This document shows positions 27,800 to 48,240 of a DNA stretch of 64,000 nt, piece by piece (positions within the stretch are counted from its first letter, which is position 1; each line of letters opens with the position of its first letter). The stretch is from Amoebidium appalachense (Eukaryota > Protista > Ichthyosporea). The notes under the pieces were generated by a model. The model was not told the DNA's origin and did not search any database. It saw only the letters and a list, made by a program, of their open reading frames with translations. The translations under genes and the position numbers were made by a program. The DNA is taken from positions 10,938,161 through 11,002,160 of the forward strand of contig CAVNZM010000001.1 of NCBI GenBank assembly GCA_963693365.1, written 5' to 3'.

Positions 27800-28910
27800 A
27801 AAAGTCTGGAGGGCGGGGTTACTGTGTGTGTGCTTTCGAATTTCCTTTTACTGCACGGGGTATTGATTTCCGCAAGCTCCTCACGGCACGGATCGCTCGT
27901 GCGAAGGGTAAGCTTCACATCGTGTCCAATATGTTTCAACGGGAGTCTGTGATCCATCCTGCGAACCTTCTTCTCTACTATAAAACTTTTTTACGGCCGA
28001 CTTTCGAATATGGACTTCCGCTATTGGCCTGCGCCCCACCTCGCGAGGCGGCCGTGGCGCTGAAAGAGTTCGACGATTTTCAGGGTACTGCGCTGCGCAC
28101 TTTGTTTCGTACTCGGTTTGTGCCTCCCTTAATCAGTATGTTTGGATTGTCGTCTGCTGTTTGTCGTATGGAGGAATTGTCTCTTCGTTTTTGTTTTCAT
28201 TTAGTTAGGATACCTGATGGTCACCCTCTTTATGCTTTCTTTCCCCCCCTCCCTCCATCCCTCTTCCCCCCCGATTCACCAACGCCACTTCTGACTGTCC
28301 TCAGCCTACCCTCTTTCAACCTGATTCTTCCTCTCGCTATCTCACTCCCTCTTTCTTTTCTCTTCCTGTTTTTTCTGCCTTTTCGCGTTATTACCATACG
28401 CAGTATAAGTTTCTTTCTCGTTCTGATAGAGAAATCAAAGGTAAGACTCAGTCGGCATGTGTTATGTTCCTTAGGCAACACCGTACTGATCATTATCGCT
28501 TTTTGGGAGCTTTGGCAGGATACATTTCTCCTGCTGTACGTATGGATACCACCCTAGTAGATAAGTCTGTATGGTGCTCTGATGTTGATATTGCCTGGGA
28601 AGTTGTGCAGTGGCGCTGTAATTCTTGTTTTCATCGCCGCTGGTGCCACTTTTGTGCTGAACGTTTTAATCGCAAGCATGTTGATAGGTGTGAGTTTTTA
28701 TGTCGCGTTTTACCTCTTTCCCTACGGGTGTCTGCTACACTAGCTGGCAATGTGAACATTTTAGTATTTATATGATTTTCACACAGTGTTCAGGTATCTC
28801 AGTATGCACTTGTTACTGGATAACTCGTGAAGTTTTTATTGTCTTCTCAGTATGCCGTGCATACTTGCATATCTTTTCGTCGAATAAATCCAGTCAAAAG
28901 AAGAAAAAGA
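27800..28910 (+). mobile_element. 5'-truncated, degenerate LINE (RT C-terminus/thumb, C-terminal Cys/His motif, 3' tail)
   Basis: FPFTARGIDF...LLLYYKTFLRPTFEYGL is typical of the post-RT region of non-LTR ORF2. Frameshifted downstream CHFCAERFNRKHVDRC. AATAAA near 28883 followed by an A-rich tail. Confidence 0.8.
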
Positions 28911-29221
28911 ATTCCCAACAAAATACTATGATTTGTAGAAATTGGTTTCCTTGAATTTGGGCCCCCATGGGTGGGTCACGTTCTCGCCTAGACTCGCGCT
29001 GAGCGAAATATTTTTCAAACATGAGGCACTGAATGCGAGGCCAGTTAATAATTATAAATTCACATGGCAGCAAGCCACATGGCATTCAATTCATTCAATT
29101 GTACTGATGTGCAAAAGGGGCAGTATCAGAATGAAGTTTCAGAAGTATGAAACATAGTGGTACTACACCCGCCGTTATGGGCCCAGTTGGTGTGTGTCCC
29201 CGTGCGTCCGTTCGCGCGTGC

Positions 29222-29296
<75 letters not shown>

Positions 29297-29966
29297 TGTA
29301 TGTGTGTGTGTGTGTGTTTGTGTGTTGATTTCGTGTGTGCGGTGCCACAGTGGTCGTGGTGGTGCGTGGGCCGGCAGGAAAGGGGGGGGGGGGGGGGGAG
29401 GAGGGGGGGAAGGGAGCAACTATCTTTTTCATGATCACCTTTTGTGTAGCAACACTCCTTTTATCTGAAGCTCGGATTGGCACGAGCCTGTATACCGGCA
29501 GTCGTATGGCCGGCCGGTTCCTGTTTTCACCCACATGTTTTGCATTCTTCTTTCCTTTATTTCTTTGTGTTGACCACCGTTTTTTAACGTCTGGTACAAC
29601 GTTAACACAGGCGTCTTTGGGTGGGTACCGGTTCCAGTAAAGAAAGCGTGACTACACCAAACTGACCGTGCCCGGCCTTCCTTATATATTACTTCTATTA
29701 TACATAGTGAAATATGGAAGAAGGTAAAGGGGTATAAAAAATTGCAACTGTATGGCTACCTAATGCGTGCATATTTCGGTTGGCCATGTTACGGCCCATT
29801 TATGTGGCAACCATATCGTTTGACAACACGTGCCAAAATTGGAGCAAAGCTTAGAACAGGGGAGAACACGGGGGGTTAAAAATGCGAAACTTCGTACATG
29901 TGTTTAAATCACTGAATGCTGACATTATGTACAACCAGCCATCTTACGTCAGTAGTAATCATATCA

Positions 29967-30689
29967 CTAATATTCTTTTGAAGCTGGATCAAACTTTGCA
30001 CAAAAGGCCCTATCCCCAGTGTTTGCACAGTGAAACACAATCGATGCCATTGTCTCCGTGCTCACAATCGGCCCAGCTACGTCCCTAAAACTCCTCCTGT
30101 CTCCCCAGTGGCCCTGATCGATAGTCCCAAACTTGCTTGAGTAATCCCCAACCTCGCATGCATATGGGTTCTTCTTGTAAACCTCGGGGGTGCATGTGTA
30201 AGCAAAATTCTCAATGGCGGTACGAACGGCGGGGCAGGCAGGGTTGCCAGATTTGGGTCCGCAGGCAAGAGTCGGGTCGACATGGTCGCCGGTAATGGGT
30301 GCCCCACACTCGGTGCTGCCAACGCCGGAGCTCGAGTCGCTCTTCCAGAACTGATGCACGTGCCATGCCAGTTTATTTATGCTGCAGTTTTTGGGGAGAA
30401 GAGATGCATCCACCTTGTTCAGATCCACAAAAACACGCAGGTCGCTGGCTACACCCCGGAGGGAGCAGACGTCAACAGAGGCTCTCACCCCGTTTTTGTC
30501 AACTATTGCACGAAGGCAACCCTCCTTTCTGTGCCCATGATCACCACGGTATTGTCCTTTGTAGTGGCGCTGCCCATATCCACTCCGGCTCTCGTAGTCG
30601 TAATTATAAACACGTCTTGCCGAAGACGACGCTGCAAGAGCGAGAAGGACAAATGCAAGAAGGGCAAAGGCACGGCACTTCGAAAACAT
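29967..30689 (-). CDS. Secreted Cu-only superoxide dismutase-like protein (Cu/Zn-SOD fold), intronless, 240 aa
   Basis: Signal peptide (MFSKCRAFALLAFVLLALAASSSA), WHVH, CGAPITGDHVDP, CEVGDYSSKFG, SIVFH, RAFCA: four Cu-ligand His and the E-x-x-D pair, without the Zn-ligand His. Confidence 0.85.
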   Translation of the reverse strand: MFSKCRAFALLAFVLLALAASSSARRVYNYDYESRSGYGQRHYKGQYRGDHGHRKEGCLRAIVDKNGVRASVDVCSLRGVASDLRVFVDLNKVDASLLPKNCSINKLAWHVHQFWKSDSSSGVGSTECGAPITGDHVDPTLACGPKSGNPACPAVRTAIENFAYTCTPEVYKKNPYACEVGDYSSKFGTIDQGHWGDRRSFRDVAGPIVSTETMASIVFHCANTGDRAFCAKFDPASKEY

Positions 30690-31292
30690 TCTCTTGGTGT
30701 CAAGGGCAGGAACCCGCTCCTATAGCTATGTTGTTGAATAAGTTGCTATTGAATTTACAAGAGCTAAAAAGCGCAGAGATATTCCGTATGCTAAGATATG
30801 CTCTTACGGCCCCAGGTGACAAATTGTAGGTGCCACAAGGGGAAAGGGCTGTGTATTTGCGTGTCCGGCTCTGGTCGTTTGAACCACTTATATACTTTTT
30901 GACGATAAAATATTCGCCAAATGATTGGCTGCGCATCTTTCTAAACTTTTGTTGGTGTTTGCTTGTGAAAGATTCTTTTTTTTTTTGCCCCCTGAATTTT
31001 CGACACACTTTGTGTGGACAATAACTCTAACCAAGTGATAAACGTGGCAATATACTATGAATCTTTAAAACTATATATAATAAAAACGCTTCAACATTCT
31101 TATATTATGGCCAATGAAGCTTCTCAAACCAGAAGTTTGTGGAAAATGTACTACTGAAAAATCATGTAGTACTTCTGCCTGAAGAAATCATTTGAGTGAC
31201 TCGAAAATTCATTTGAGTGACTCGAAAATCTTTTTTTTCTTTTGACTGGATTTATTCGACGGAAAGATATGCAAGTATGCACGGCATACTGA

Positions 31293-31626
31293 GAAGACAA
31301 TAAAAAAACAACTTCACGAGACAATAAAAAAACAACTTCACGAGACAATAAAAAAACAACTTCACGAGACAATAAAAAAACAACTTCACGAAGACAATAA
31401 AAAAACAACTTCACGAAGACAATAAAAAAACAACTTCACGAGACAATAAAAAAACAACTTCACGAAGACAATAAAAAAACAACTTCACGAGAGACAATAA
31501 AAAAACAACTTCACGAAGACAATAAAAAAACAACTTCACGAAATAAAAAAATAACTTCACGAAATAAAAAAACAACTTTACGAAATAAAAAAACAACTTC
31601 ACGAAATAAAAAAAACAACTTCACGA
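31293..31626. repeat. Tandem array of about 14 units of 21-26 bp, (GAC)AATAAAAAAACAACTTCACGA
   Basis: Directly visible; no unique spacers. Confidence 0.95.
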
Positions 31627-31912
31627 GAAAATCGTCTCTCGAGATATCTGGGATATCTCTTTTTCGTGTTCGAACATATGAGCACATCAATAAAGTCATT
31701 ATAAAAAGGAGAAATTATTTGAGTGACTCGAAAATCGTCTCTCGAGATATCTGGGATATCTCTTTTTCGTGTCCTTCGAACATATGAGCACATCAATAAA
31801 GTCATTTTAAAAAAAGGAAAAATCATTTGAGTGTCTCGAAAATCGTCTCTCGAGATATCTGGGATATCTCTTTTTCGTGTCCTTCGAACATATGAGCACA
31901 TCAATAAAGTCA
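31627..31912. repeat. About 2.7 copies of a ~110-bp palindrome-containing tandem repeat
   Basis: Unit contains TTGAGTGACTCGAAAATCGTCTCTCGAGATATCTGGGATATCTC...CATCAATAAAGTCAT; partial copies at about 31185-31230. Confidence 0.9.
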
Positions 31913-32661
31913 TCATAAGAAAAAAAGAAAAACGATGTGACCCAAGATGCAGTAGTATCGGGGGTTTTGGAGATCGTTAGGATTAGTATACACATTCATA
32001 TGCGTTGCGTGATAGCCCACCAACCCGACAGAATCGACTTAGACTATCAGTACAATCAACCTGACTGGCCTGAGTCTGACACACCCAAAACCTTTCAGTA
32101 AATGTCAAAATGTATGTAGAGTTTCAAGATTGCAAGAAGGAAGTTTTTAGTTATTGAAAAATATTAATATTTCTGTAATACTCTTAAAAATAATAAGAAA
32201 AGGGAAAGAGCTTTGTAGTGTTGTCTTTGGATGTCCAACTCCTTCAAAACTGCCAGGCACCAACCAATCGTGTGGCCACTATAGTGCATCAAGTGTAGAT
32301 GGCCGTCGGCAGTTGATCATCTGTTTTGCAATCTTGCCTTCGCTATCTACAAAATGGCCATAGATGGCTATCTGTGTCGCAGCCGTCAACGGATGATTAC
32401 TACGTGACACTGATATCGCCTTCCTCGGGCAATTGTGTCAACGGCGTGTGTGGTGGTGTGTGTACATGTGAAAGAAAGAGGGCACGTGTTATCATGAATG
32501 ACTGAGTGAGTGTGTTTGTGTGTACATGTGCGTGCGTTGTGGCTGTGTTAAAGTGTGTGCGTGTGTACGTGTGTATGTACGTCGCGCGCGCGTGCACGTG
32601 TGTCTGTACATGTCCGTCTCTCTCCCTCTCTCCCTCTCTCTCTCTCTGTGTGTGTGTGTGT

Positions 32662-32704
<43 letters not shown>

Positions 32705-32708
32705 GCGT

Positions 32709-32782
<74 letters not shown>

Positions 32783-32867
32783 CCCCCCCTCTCCCTCCGA
32801 GCCCTCCCTCCCTCTCCAGCTGTCCCTGTCTCGTTCTTCTCTCTCCGTCTCTCACTCACTCTCACTC

Positions 32868-32962
<95 letters not shown>

Positions 32963-33090
32963 CTCTCTCTCTCTCACTATCTCTCTCTCTCTCTCTCTCT
33001 CTCTCCCCCCCTCTCACTCCCTTCCTCCCTCCCTCCCTCCTTCCAATTGCAAGAGGACCCCCCCCCCCCCTCTCTCTCGCTCGCTCTCGA

Positions 33091-33147
<57 letters not shown>

Positions 33148-33423
33148 CCCCCCCCCCCCTCTCTCTTCCCCCCTCTCTCTCTCTCTCTCTCGCGCGCGCG
33201 CGTGCGCGCGCGCGCGCGCGCATGTGTGTGTGGGCGTGCTTGCATGTACGCGTGCCCGTACGTGTGTGGGTATGCACGCGCACGTGTGTGCACACGTGCA
33301 TGTGGAAATGTGTGTGTGTGTGTGTGGGTCTGTATGGGTGTGTGTGTGTATGTGTGTGTGTGTGTGTGTGTGTGTATGCGCCGGTGTCTGTGTACATTGT
33401 TTCTGTATGTGTGTGTGTGTTTC

Positions 33424-33546
<123 letters not shown>

Positions 33547-35000
33547 ACGTGTGTAGGTGTGTATGTGTGTGCCCTTCCATCTCAATGGGTGCAAGGGACA
33601 GCTGGTTCGAAGAAGTCACCACCAGTCAAGGTTTAAGATGGGAGATCTAAATATGTGTTTTCAAGCAGATGAAGAATATCGATGCCGCCGCACTTTCCAA
33701 AAGGGTAGTTATGCCTCAGATGCCTGACGAGTGGCGATTCGGTGACGATCGAGCTCACATCATACGCGTATGAATCGCTCTCATGGTCACGTGACGACCT
33801 TGACCAAAAATAAATCGTTGCACTTCAAGGCTTCGGGGTGTATCTATGTATGGGTAAAGATACCGTAGCAGGCCGTGATGACAGTAAGAGCTAAAAATAG
33901 GTTGATCCGTGTTGGACTAATGGATTTACTCGGAAATCACGCAGTTTAGTCGCCGCCAATGTCCTTGCCTTACGGCCGATGCCACTGCCTGGCTGTGCGC
34001 TTTTCTTGGAAATTACCGACGTAACTACACACTGAACGTTTTCTCTTGTATATTACTTTTAATACTATAGGCACTGAGAGGCAGGGAATACAAGGAATAG
34101 ACAACTTGCGGGTATTTTCACGTGATAGCGTAACAGGAGCTTGTCTCATTCTGATTGGTCTAGATACAGGTTACGCAAAACCGATTTACTGGCGAAGTAT
34201 ACTTCTCGACGGCGCAAGATGATTCGACAAAATTGTGGACCTTCATATGATGACCATGGCCACACCGCAAATGTAGAACAGGGAATGGTTACTATAAGCC
34301 TAAAAATATAATATAATAAAGCTTCGAAATAGTTTTGCTTAAATTGAAATACAAACTTTCTCTGAGAGCTTTGTAATACCGAAGAATAGTTATCCCGTTT
34401 CATTTGCTAAAAGTATTATCCGATAGTCAATAATAGACTAATAGACTCCTACTCCGAATCGTTCTAATGGCTGCAAATCATGCATTACAGTGCCTGTCTT
34501 GGACATTGCTTAGCAAGCCTGGCAAAAGCACAGTGTACTGCATCTTTGTTTGCACAGTCAGGAACATTCGTATTCGGATCCGCTAGCGCACACTGACATA
34601 GTTTCGAATAAAGGTTTTGTGGGTAAAGGGCTTTAGGGCAACTACAATTGTTCTTCTGTGTGTGGCTGAACCTTTAAAGCTTTGGTTTGTAGGGTGGTCT
34701 GCAACAAGCGTTTTGAGAGAGGTGATCATGTGCACACCAGAGCGATTTTTTTTCTTGTATGAAAGTGTGGTACAATTTTGAGTTCGACAAATATTACCAC
34801 AAATCCAGTAATAATTGTTGTATCAATTGTAGTTGGGGTGCTTTCTAATACCTTCTTTCTACTTCTACGGTTGAACACGACAACGTGCACAAGAACAGGA
34901 AGTTGTTGGTGGCTGCGCAGCAAGCCGGTTCTTCTTCCAGTCTATCGTTCTTGCATCAACTTTCCCGGCAAGTTGGAAGCGGTTTTCTTAAAAATAGAAA

Positions 35001-35446
35001 ATGGTAAGCAATTTGCCCCCTTTTCCCATTTCTTGGTGGGTGTAATAAAGTGTTAAAGGCTTGTTCGCGCTATTGTGTTTAAATTTTATACATACGGGAG
35101 GTTTTTGTCAAGGAGCTACGATATCGATGAGGTCTGCTTGTCTGGCTGGTGTGTGACTTTGCTGGAAAACGCAGTAAACCACACATGCCAACGAGGGGCG
35201 GTGCTTCCGCCGTTTTCCAAACTTTAGACCGTGTAAATCATCTGCCTGTGTTCGAGCTCCCCTGATAGGGTTTTGAATTGTTGAAGTTCGATTCGTACGC
35301 ACATCAAGATCGCACCACCTCGGTGTGCTGACCGGTTATCGCCTTAGATTTACGTTGGCCATTCTCTCAAGACTTTATGACTCGTTTCAATATGCATCTA
35401 CCCATAGAATTTCTGTATCTTCCATGTGACCCTCCTGCCACCACCA

Positions 35447-35536
<90 letters not shown>

Positions 35537-35976
35537 ACACACCCACACACCCACACACCATTACCATCACCACCACCGCCATCACAATCATGACAAAAAA
35601 AAAAAGCAAAGAAAAAAAAAAACATGCACGCACACACATGATCATCCCCATTACCACCACGAGCTTCACCTGTGCTCGTTCCCCCCACCTTGCACCAGCT
35701 ATCCTCGGGCTTTTTTCTTTTTTTTCTTGAGTCCGTTGGGGGAAAGGAATAAACAATTACTACCATTGCATTCAAACCATTGGATTTATATAAGAAATTT
35801 GGTGAAGCTTTTTCGTACGTGAAGCTTCTTATTTTGTGTCCTTGGCCTCCCCTCTCCCGCCACACCCGCCCGCCCCACTTCACCCCCCTGCTCCCTCTCC
35901 CACCGCCTGTGGCCTGGGCATGCGTCTCCCTCTTCTTTCCACCTCTAGGAGTGACCACTGGTAGGTGCTAACCCTC

Positions 35977-36053
<77 letters not shown>

Positions 36054-36085
36054 TCTCTCCCTCTCTCTCCCTCTCGCCCTTTCTC

Positions 36086-36127
<42 letters not shown>

Positions 36128-36393
36128 CTCGCTCTCTTTCTCTCTTTCTCTCTCTCTCTCTCTTCCCCTCTCTGCTTTCTCACTCTCCCCCCCTCTTCTC
36201 TTTTTTTCCCTCTCCCCTCTCTCTCCCACTATCTCTCTCCTCTCGCTCTCTTTCTCTCTCTCTCCTCCTCTCTGCTTTTTCACTCTTCCCCCCGCTTCTC
36301 TTTCTACTATCTCTCTGTCTCTTTCTTTTTCTCTCTCCCCCACCCTGGTTCTTTCTCTCTATCTCTCTCTCTTTCTCTCTCTACCCCCCCCCC

Positions 36394-36466
<73 letters not shown>

Positions 36467-36941
36467 GCCCTCCCTCCCTCCCTCCCTCCCTCTCTCCCTC
36501 TCTCTCTCCCTTCACACACACACACACGTAAACAACTTCACACACAGAGTGGAGCCATTGCAGCCGGTATTGGCATGACAGCAACAGCTTACGGGGCCAA
36601 ACTAGCCCTGGAGGCATACACCAGGTGTGTGGGGTCCTGGTTCCCTTAACTGCTCCTCTAGTTTTCACAAAGTTTCTGTCTTAATCACCTCTGGGTAAGG
36701 GACGGGACAGAGCCTCCCCCCCCCCCCCCTCCCCCCCCCCCCCCCAAAAAAAGAAAAAAAAAACCCCCCGGTCGCTTATTTTTTGGACACCAAAGACGTT
36801 TCAAATCTTCCCTTCATAATATGCAGAGGTATGGGGTGTGTTCGTGTGGGTAGCCGGGATAGTGTCGGTTTGCATGTGACCATGTGACCTCGGTAGAAGA
36901 TCTGCATGCAGGTTTTTTTTTTTTTTTTCTTTCTTTTTTTT

Positions 36942-36972
<31 letters not shown>

Positions 36973-37354
36973 GAGTTTTACGAATTTGAGCATGTCGAGA
37001 GCCTGTCTGCACGCGTGTGGGTTTGCTTGTCCAGATTGTGAACGGCTGGTGCAAACCTCCCGATGCATGTGTGTGTCCATGCATCATGAGTGTTCTTCGT
37101 GTGCTCCTTGATGTGTGTTCCCTATATATGGGTGAATAGAGAACATATACTCCTTATGTATACTCCAGGTCCTTTAGAACATTCCCGTATAAACATGCAC
37201 ACACTAACACAGTAGCATTTTCAGGTATGCGCCCATTGTTGCACAGCGAGTGGGTGTGCTTGCCAAGACACTAGACAAGAGCATGAAGGGTTACTACCGG
37301 GGTGGGTTTGAGGCTACAATGACAAAGAGAGAGGCTGGGCTTATCCTGGGCGTC

Positions 37355-37397
<43 letters not shown>

Positions 37398-37613
37398 CTT
37401 GGTGATAATCGTTTTGTTGATAGATTTGCTCGTACCCCCGGGGGAGGAGGGGGGGGGTGGGGGGGGGGGGGGGGGAGGATTTACGCAGTCGGGAGGTGTG
37501 CGTATGGGGGAGAGGAATGGTTTTTGACCGGGGGGGGGGGGGTTCTTTGCTGAAAGGTGTATGTGTGTGGTGGTGGTGGTGGTGATAGTGTTGTGTTTAT
37601 GGGGAGAATGGGC

Positions 37614-37649
<36 letters not shown>

Positions 37650-38333
37650 GTATGCGTCTGGTTGGGTGTTTGATGGGGGGGGGGGGGGGGGGGTCTATTT
37701 TTCTACATTCGTGTTAATTGTTCTGCACGCATTACGGGCAGAATTGGGGTTTCGGTTGTGGAGTTGTGGAGTTTGGGGGAGGATGGGGGAGGGGGGGGGG
37801 GGGTTCAACTCAGATAGATTCCTGCTTAATGACTACAGTTATTGAATGCTGCGCCACCTATACAACGTTATAGTTGAGGCAAGTTTTTCTGACAGTTGGA
37901 AATATACGTGTGAAGGAAAGGAGAGGATGCATTATTAGAATGATTCTGATACAGATGTGCACACACACATGTTGGAGTGTTACTTCCTGATATCCCTCAC
38001 ATGTTGGCGCCGTTCTTCTGCTAAACCTTGGTCCTCTCTCTTCACTTCCTTGCCCCAGCCATATCCATACACCCACCACCGGCAGGCGTACACAAACCCT
38101 ATCACCTGGAAGACACATACAAGCACACAGCAGCATTCACACACGGGTGCAGGCAAATTCATGCACACACACAGCATCCACACACACACCGACATCTTGG
38201 TACCTCCCCCTTCTCTCCCCTTGCCTCCCCTCCCCTTCCCCCCCCCCCCCCTCCCTCCCCCCCCCCCCAAAAAAAAGGCCCATGCACACACACATACACA
38301 TTTGAGCGTGTGCTCGCAGCCACACACACACAT

Positions 38334-38371
<38 letters not shown>

Positions 38372-38517
38372 ACAGCCCCATGTCGGATATCCGTCGCGTC
38401 CGTGAGGCCCACAGGCGAATCATGATGGCCAACCACCCAGACAAGGGAGGTTCCCCGTTTTTGGCATCGAAAATTAACGAGGCAAAAGATATCCTCGAGG
38501 GAAAGACACGTCGGTAG
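35001..38517 (+). CDS. PAM18: Mitochondrial import motor J-protein PAM18/TIM14 (DNAJC19/15 family)
   Basis: Exons: ATG 35001-35003 (donor gtaagc), 36548-36624, 37225-37356, 38376-38517. Protein MSGAIAAGIGMTATAYGAKLALEAY...YYRGGFEATMTKREAGLILGVSP...EAHRRIMMANHPDKGGSPFLASKINEAKDIL. The exon-3 donor is 1 nt out of phase (AG/ggtgtg). Confidence 0.93.
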
Positions 38518-38597
38518 AAACGGCTGGAGACAGGCTAAATGGCTATGATATGTGATTTTGTGTATTAAATATGAAAGTTTTGTATCATTGATACTGG

Positions 38598-38717
38598 CGT
38601 AATTGTGGTTCTGAATGGTTCTCTTATTGGAGAAGGTCACTGACTCTGTATTTTTTCCGTAATTGTGGTTCTGAATGGTTCTCTTATTGGAGAAGGTCAC
38701 TGAGTCTGTATTTTTTT
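38598..38717. repeat. Tandem duplication, 2 x 60 bp, in the PAM18 3' region
   Basis: cgtaattgtggttctgaatggttctcttattggagaaggtcactga(c/g)tctgtattttt repeated. Confidence 0.9.
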
Positions 38718-38842
38718 TTTTAGTTTTGTCCGTGTATCTGCTCACCCTGTGTACTCAATTGGTGAAAATTTAACGTTTTCTCCAGCAGCAAACCATATTA
38801 ACCACAAAGTTTATTCAGTAATTGATACTTGTTTTTATCCAA

Positions 38843-38881
<39 letters not shown>

Positions 38882-41037
38882 GCCCTCTTTTCCCGCCTGC
38901 CCATAAATGTGGTCTTCTTACTTGCTGTATTAATAGTAGAAAGTCTTACTACAGTCTTTACGCACATTTCGGAGTTTTTTTCGCTTGTTACTCAGGGGTA
39001 TGAAGCTTACACACTCGCCTATAAGGTCAAGTTTTCATTCAAGGGTTTTTTTTGCCCCCATAATGAATTTCAATGAATAAGGTTGATGAAAGTTCAAATG
39101 CACCTACAGGTTCATCGTTGTTGTTTACTTGAAACTCAGATGCGAATGCTACAAAGTGGTGTCACACATGTCTTTTACCAAAGCAAAAAGGTCGAAATAA
39201 AAACGACGTGTAGGTGGTGACCAGGCAACTTACAATGGATCAGGGAGTACGAATAAGAGAGGTGTACGGGCTCTGGTGTCCTTTTGTAGCAACATTCGAA
39301 CTCCCTTTGCCTGTTTTCATTCTTTGGTTCTCGGTATGTCGTGTTGAGAAGGAGGAAGCAAGGGTGTCGTAAAGCCGCGCTCTTTGGCCGTGCATTGTGT
39401 GTGTGTCTGTCTGTGTCTGTGTGTGTGTGTCTGTCTGTGTCTGTGTGTGCGCATGTATGTGTGAAGGTGATCGATCACCTTCCTGCACTTCTGAAGAGCA
39501 CGGTTATGCGACAGCGGGAGCCCGGGGGAGGCCTGGGGAGAGGGGGTGGGGTGGGATGGGGAACTGGGAGTGGGGCGGTGTGTAGGGAGTGGAGGGGGGG
39601 GGGGGGGGGGAGGGTAAAAAGGCAAAAACATAATGAAAAGATAAAATATATTCGGCCTGCACCATGCCAGCGTGCCGAGTGTTTGTGGTGTCTCCGCGTT
39701 GGGGTGACAACTTATGACTGCGAAGTTGGTTATTTTCCGAATTGCATATAGAAGTACTACTTAGGAAATGCCAACTTTGCAGACGTATCGGGGAAGGCCC
39801 ATGGAGTGTTGGGGAGGGAGGGGATATGGGGGGGGGAGGCAGCGCATTTGGTTGTGGCATAGTGTGACTGTTTCCCTTTACCACGTGCCACCTGAAAAAT
39901 GTTCAAACCAGGAAACACTGAAGAACATGCAAGAACAAAGTATATCAAGCTCCCATGCCGGATATCATTAGGAGACATTTGCACTTCCTAATATTAGGTG
40001 TATTGATGTGTATGTGTGTGTGTGTTTCTGTGTTCGCGTGCGCCTGTGTGTGCCTACGCACGTGGGTGTGCGTGTGTGTGTCTACACACGTACATGTGCG
40101 TGTGCGCATGCGTGTGCGTGTGCGTGTGTGTGCGTGTGAGTGTGCGTGCATGTGTGTGCATGTGTGGTTGTTATTTTTTGGTTGATTTACTTTTTGTTTC
40201 AACAAACGTTGGTTCTAGATCTAGTTTTACATTTGCTATATGTATCTTACTCAGGAATCCTAGGATCTGGAGAAATACAAGGTAGACCTACTATAGTCTT
40301 TCCGTAATTGTTTACGGGTTACTTGTTAACGTGTTGCGTGTGTTGCTGATTTGTTTGATAACTGAGTGTCCAATTCAATTGCAGGTTCAAATAAACATCA
40401 ACATTATCCGTCAAAACATACCAAATGTCACTTTTTTTAGATGAAGTTCCAGATGCCCTCCCCCCTCCCCCCCCCTCCCCGAACATAGATCATCCGTCGA
40501 CGTCACTTAATGAGATCCTATTTTGAAAATGATTCAGCCCTGGCCCACTTTATTCGAGTTTCTATTTTTTTGTGTGTATATATACAAGGAATTCTTGGTG
40601 TTTCTCTGGTGTCCACGCTCGACATACTACACTCGGTGATAACGTATTTGCATCATTTTGCATTCAATACGCGTACCAATCGATCAGTTCGGGGTTAGCA
40701 GTGGCCAGATCGACAGCAAGCAAGGGCTGCAAGCGTGACAAGCATAAAAGCATCAAACTGCGCATACCACGGCGGGCACTCACATAGCCTATACCCATGC
40801 TTGCGTGTGTATGGCGTATGTTTTGGATGTATCAACTTCGCAAGTACGGTCAAGACTTAAGATTCAGTCACGGTACTAATTTTATTTCTCCAGCTCTTTG
40901 CAGATAATTTCTTCTATCTTCAGCATAGTGTTGCCGTGAATGATTCAGTCTGCCCGTAGCCAAACCTCTCCTACAGCTATATAGGCTTTATAAACATAAC
41001 TAATACATTCAGTGCATTCATAATATTCTAGTTAACC

Positions 41038-47456
<6,419 letters not shown>

Positions 47457-48023
47457 CCTACTTAAAAACATGCATTCTTAGCCGGTCCCCTGAGAACAAA
47501 ATAATTCCGACAATGCGAACTACAAATGATATATGAACTTATACTTTCCTTTTGATACGTACCTGAGGAGCAGCCTGTAGTAAGCTTAAAGTGCAGTGCA
47601 CTTTCTGGAAAACTGAGATCATATATACTATTAGTAATGCTTCGTTTACGCGTTTGAACCCCATATTTGCTACAGCCACATAATCAGTCTGCGAAAAGAA
47701 AACTTTTAACGGCATATATGAAATTCCCTACAGTGTATCTCTAATTATTTGCAACTCAACTCAGCCATTTCCCCTGGTATTTGTTGCAAATATTAACAAG
47801 TAATTGTGAGGTGGGGAGAGGAAGCGTTGGGAACGAGAGGGGGAGACACCTGCCTGACATCTTTGTGCAAAGTTTTATTATCAAAGAGCATGAGGCACCG
47901 GGAGCCGGGATCGAGGAACTGCAGGAATTCAAGAGCTGTGGTGCGGGTTCTGTCCCCCGGTTCCTCTGTTATAACTGTTGACGTGTTAACTATCCGCTTT
48001 AAATAATTGATTACCTCAACCAT

Positions 48024-48072
<49 letters not shown>

Positions 48073-48204
48073 CGAATCCCCATCGGCCCGCTCCTGCCTC
48101 AGAATCCTTCTCTTTCATGCTCCGGTACGGTGAGGCTCCCCCCCCTTCGGAAACCTTCCCTTCCCCCTGCCTCCCCCTTGTCTCCCCCCTCGGCTCCCCA
48201 GCCC

Positions 48205-48240
<36 letters not shown>

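Noticed and set aside
29174-29186. GTTATGGGCCCAG matching the PBS / tRNA-iMet anticodon arm
   Set aside because: No adjacent LTR end and no tRNA cloverleaf; isolated 13-mer.
31293-31912. CRISPR-like appearance of the repeat arrays
   Set aside because: Repeats are contiguous with no unique spacers; no cas genes; eukaryotic context.
35950-35961. Possible 12-nt microexon in PAM18 intron 1 (ag/GAGTGACCACTG/gt)
   Set aside because: Would introduce an in-frame TGA directly after Met-Glu.
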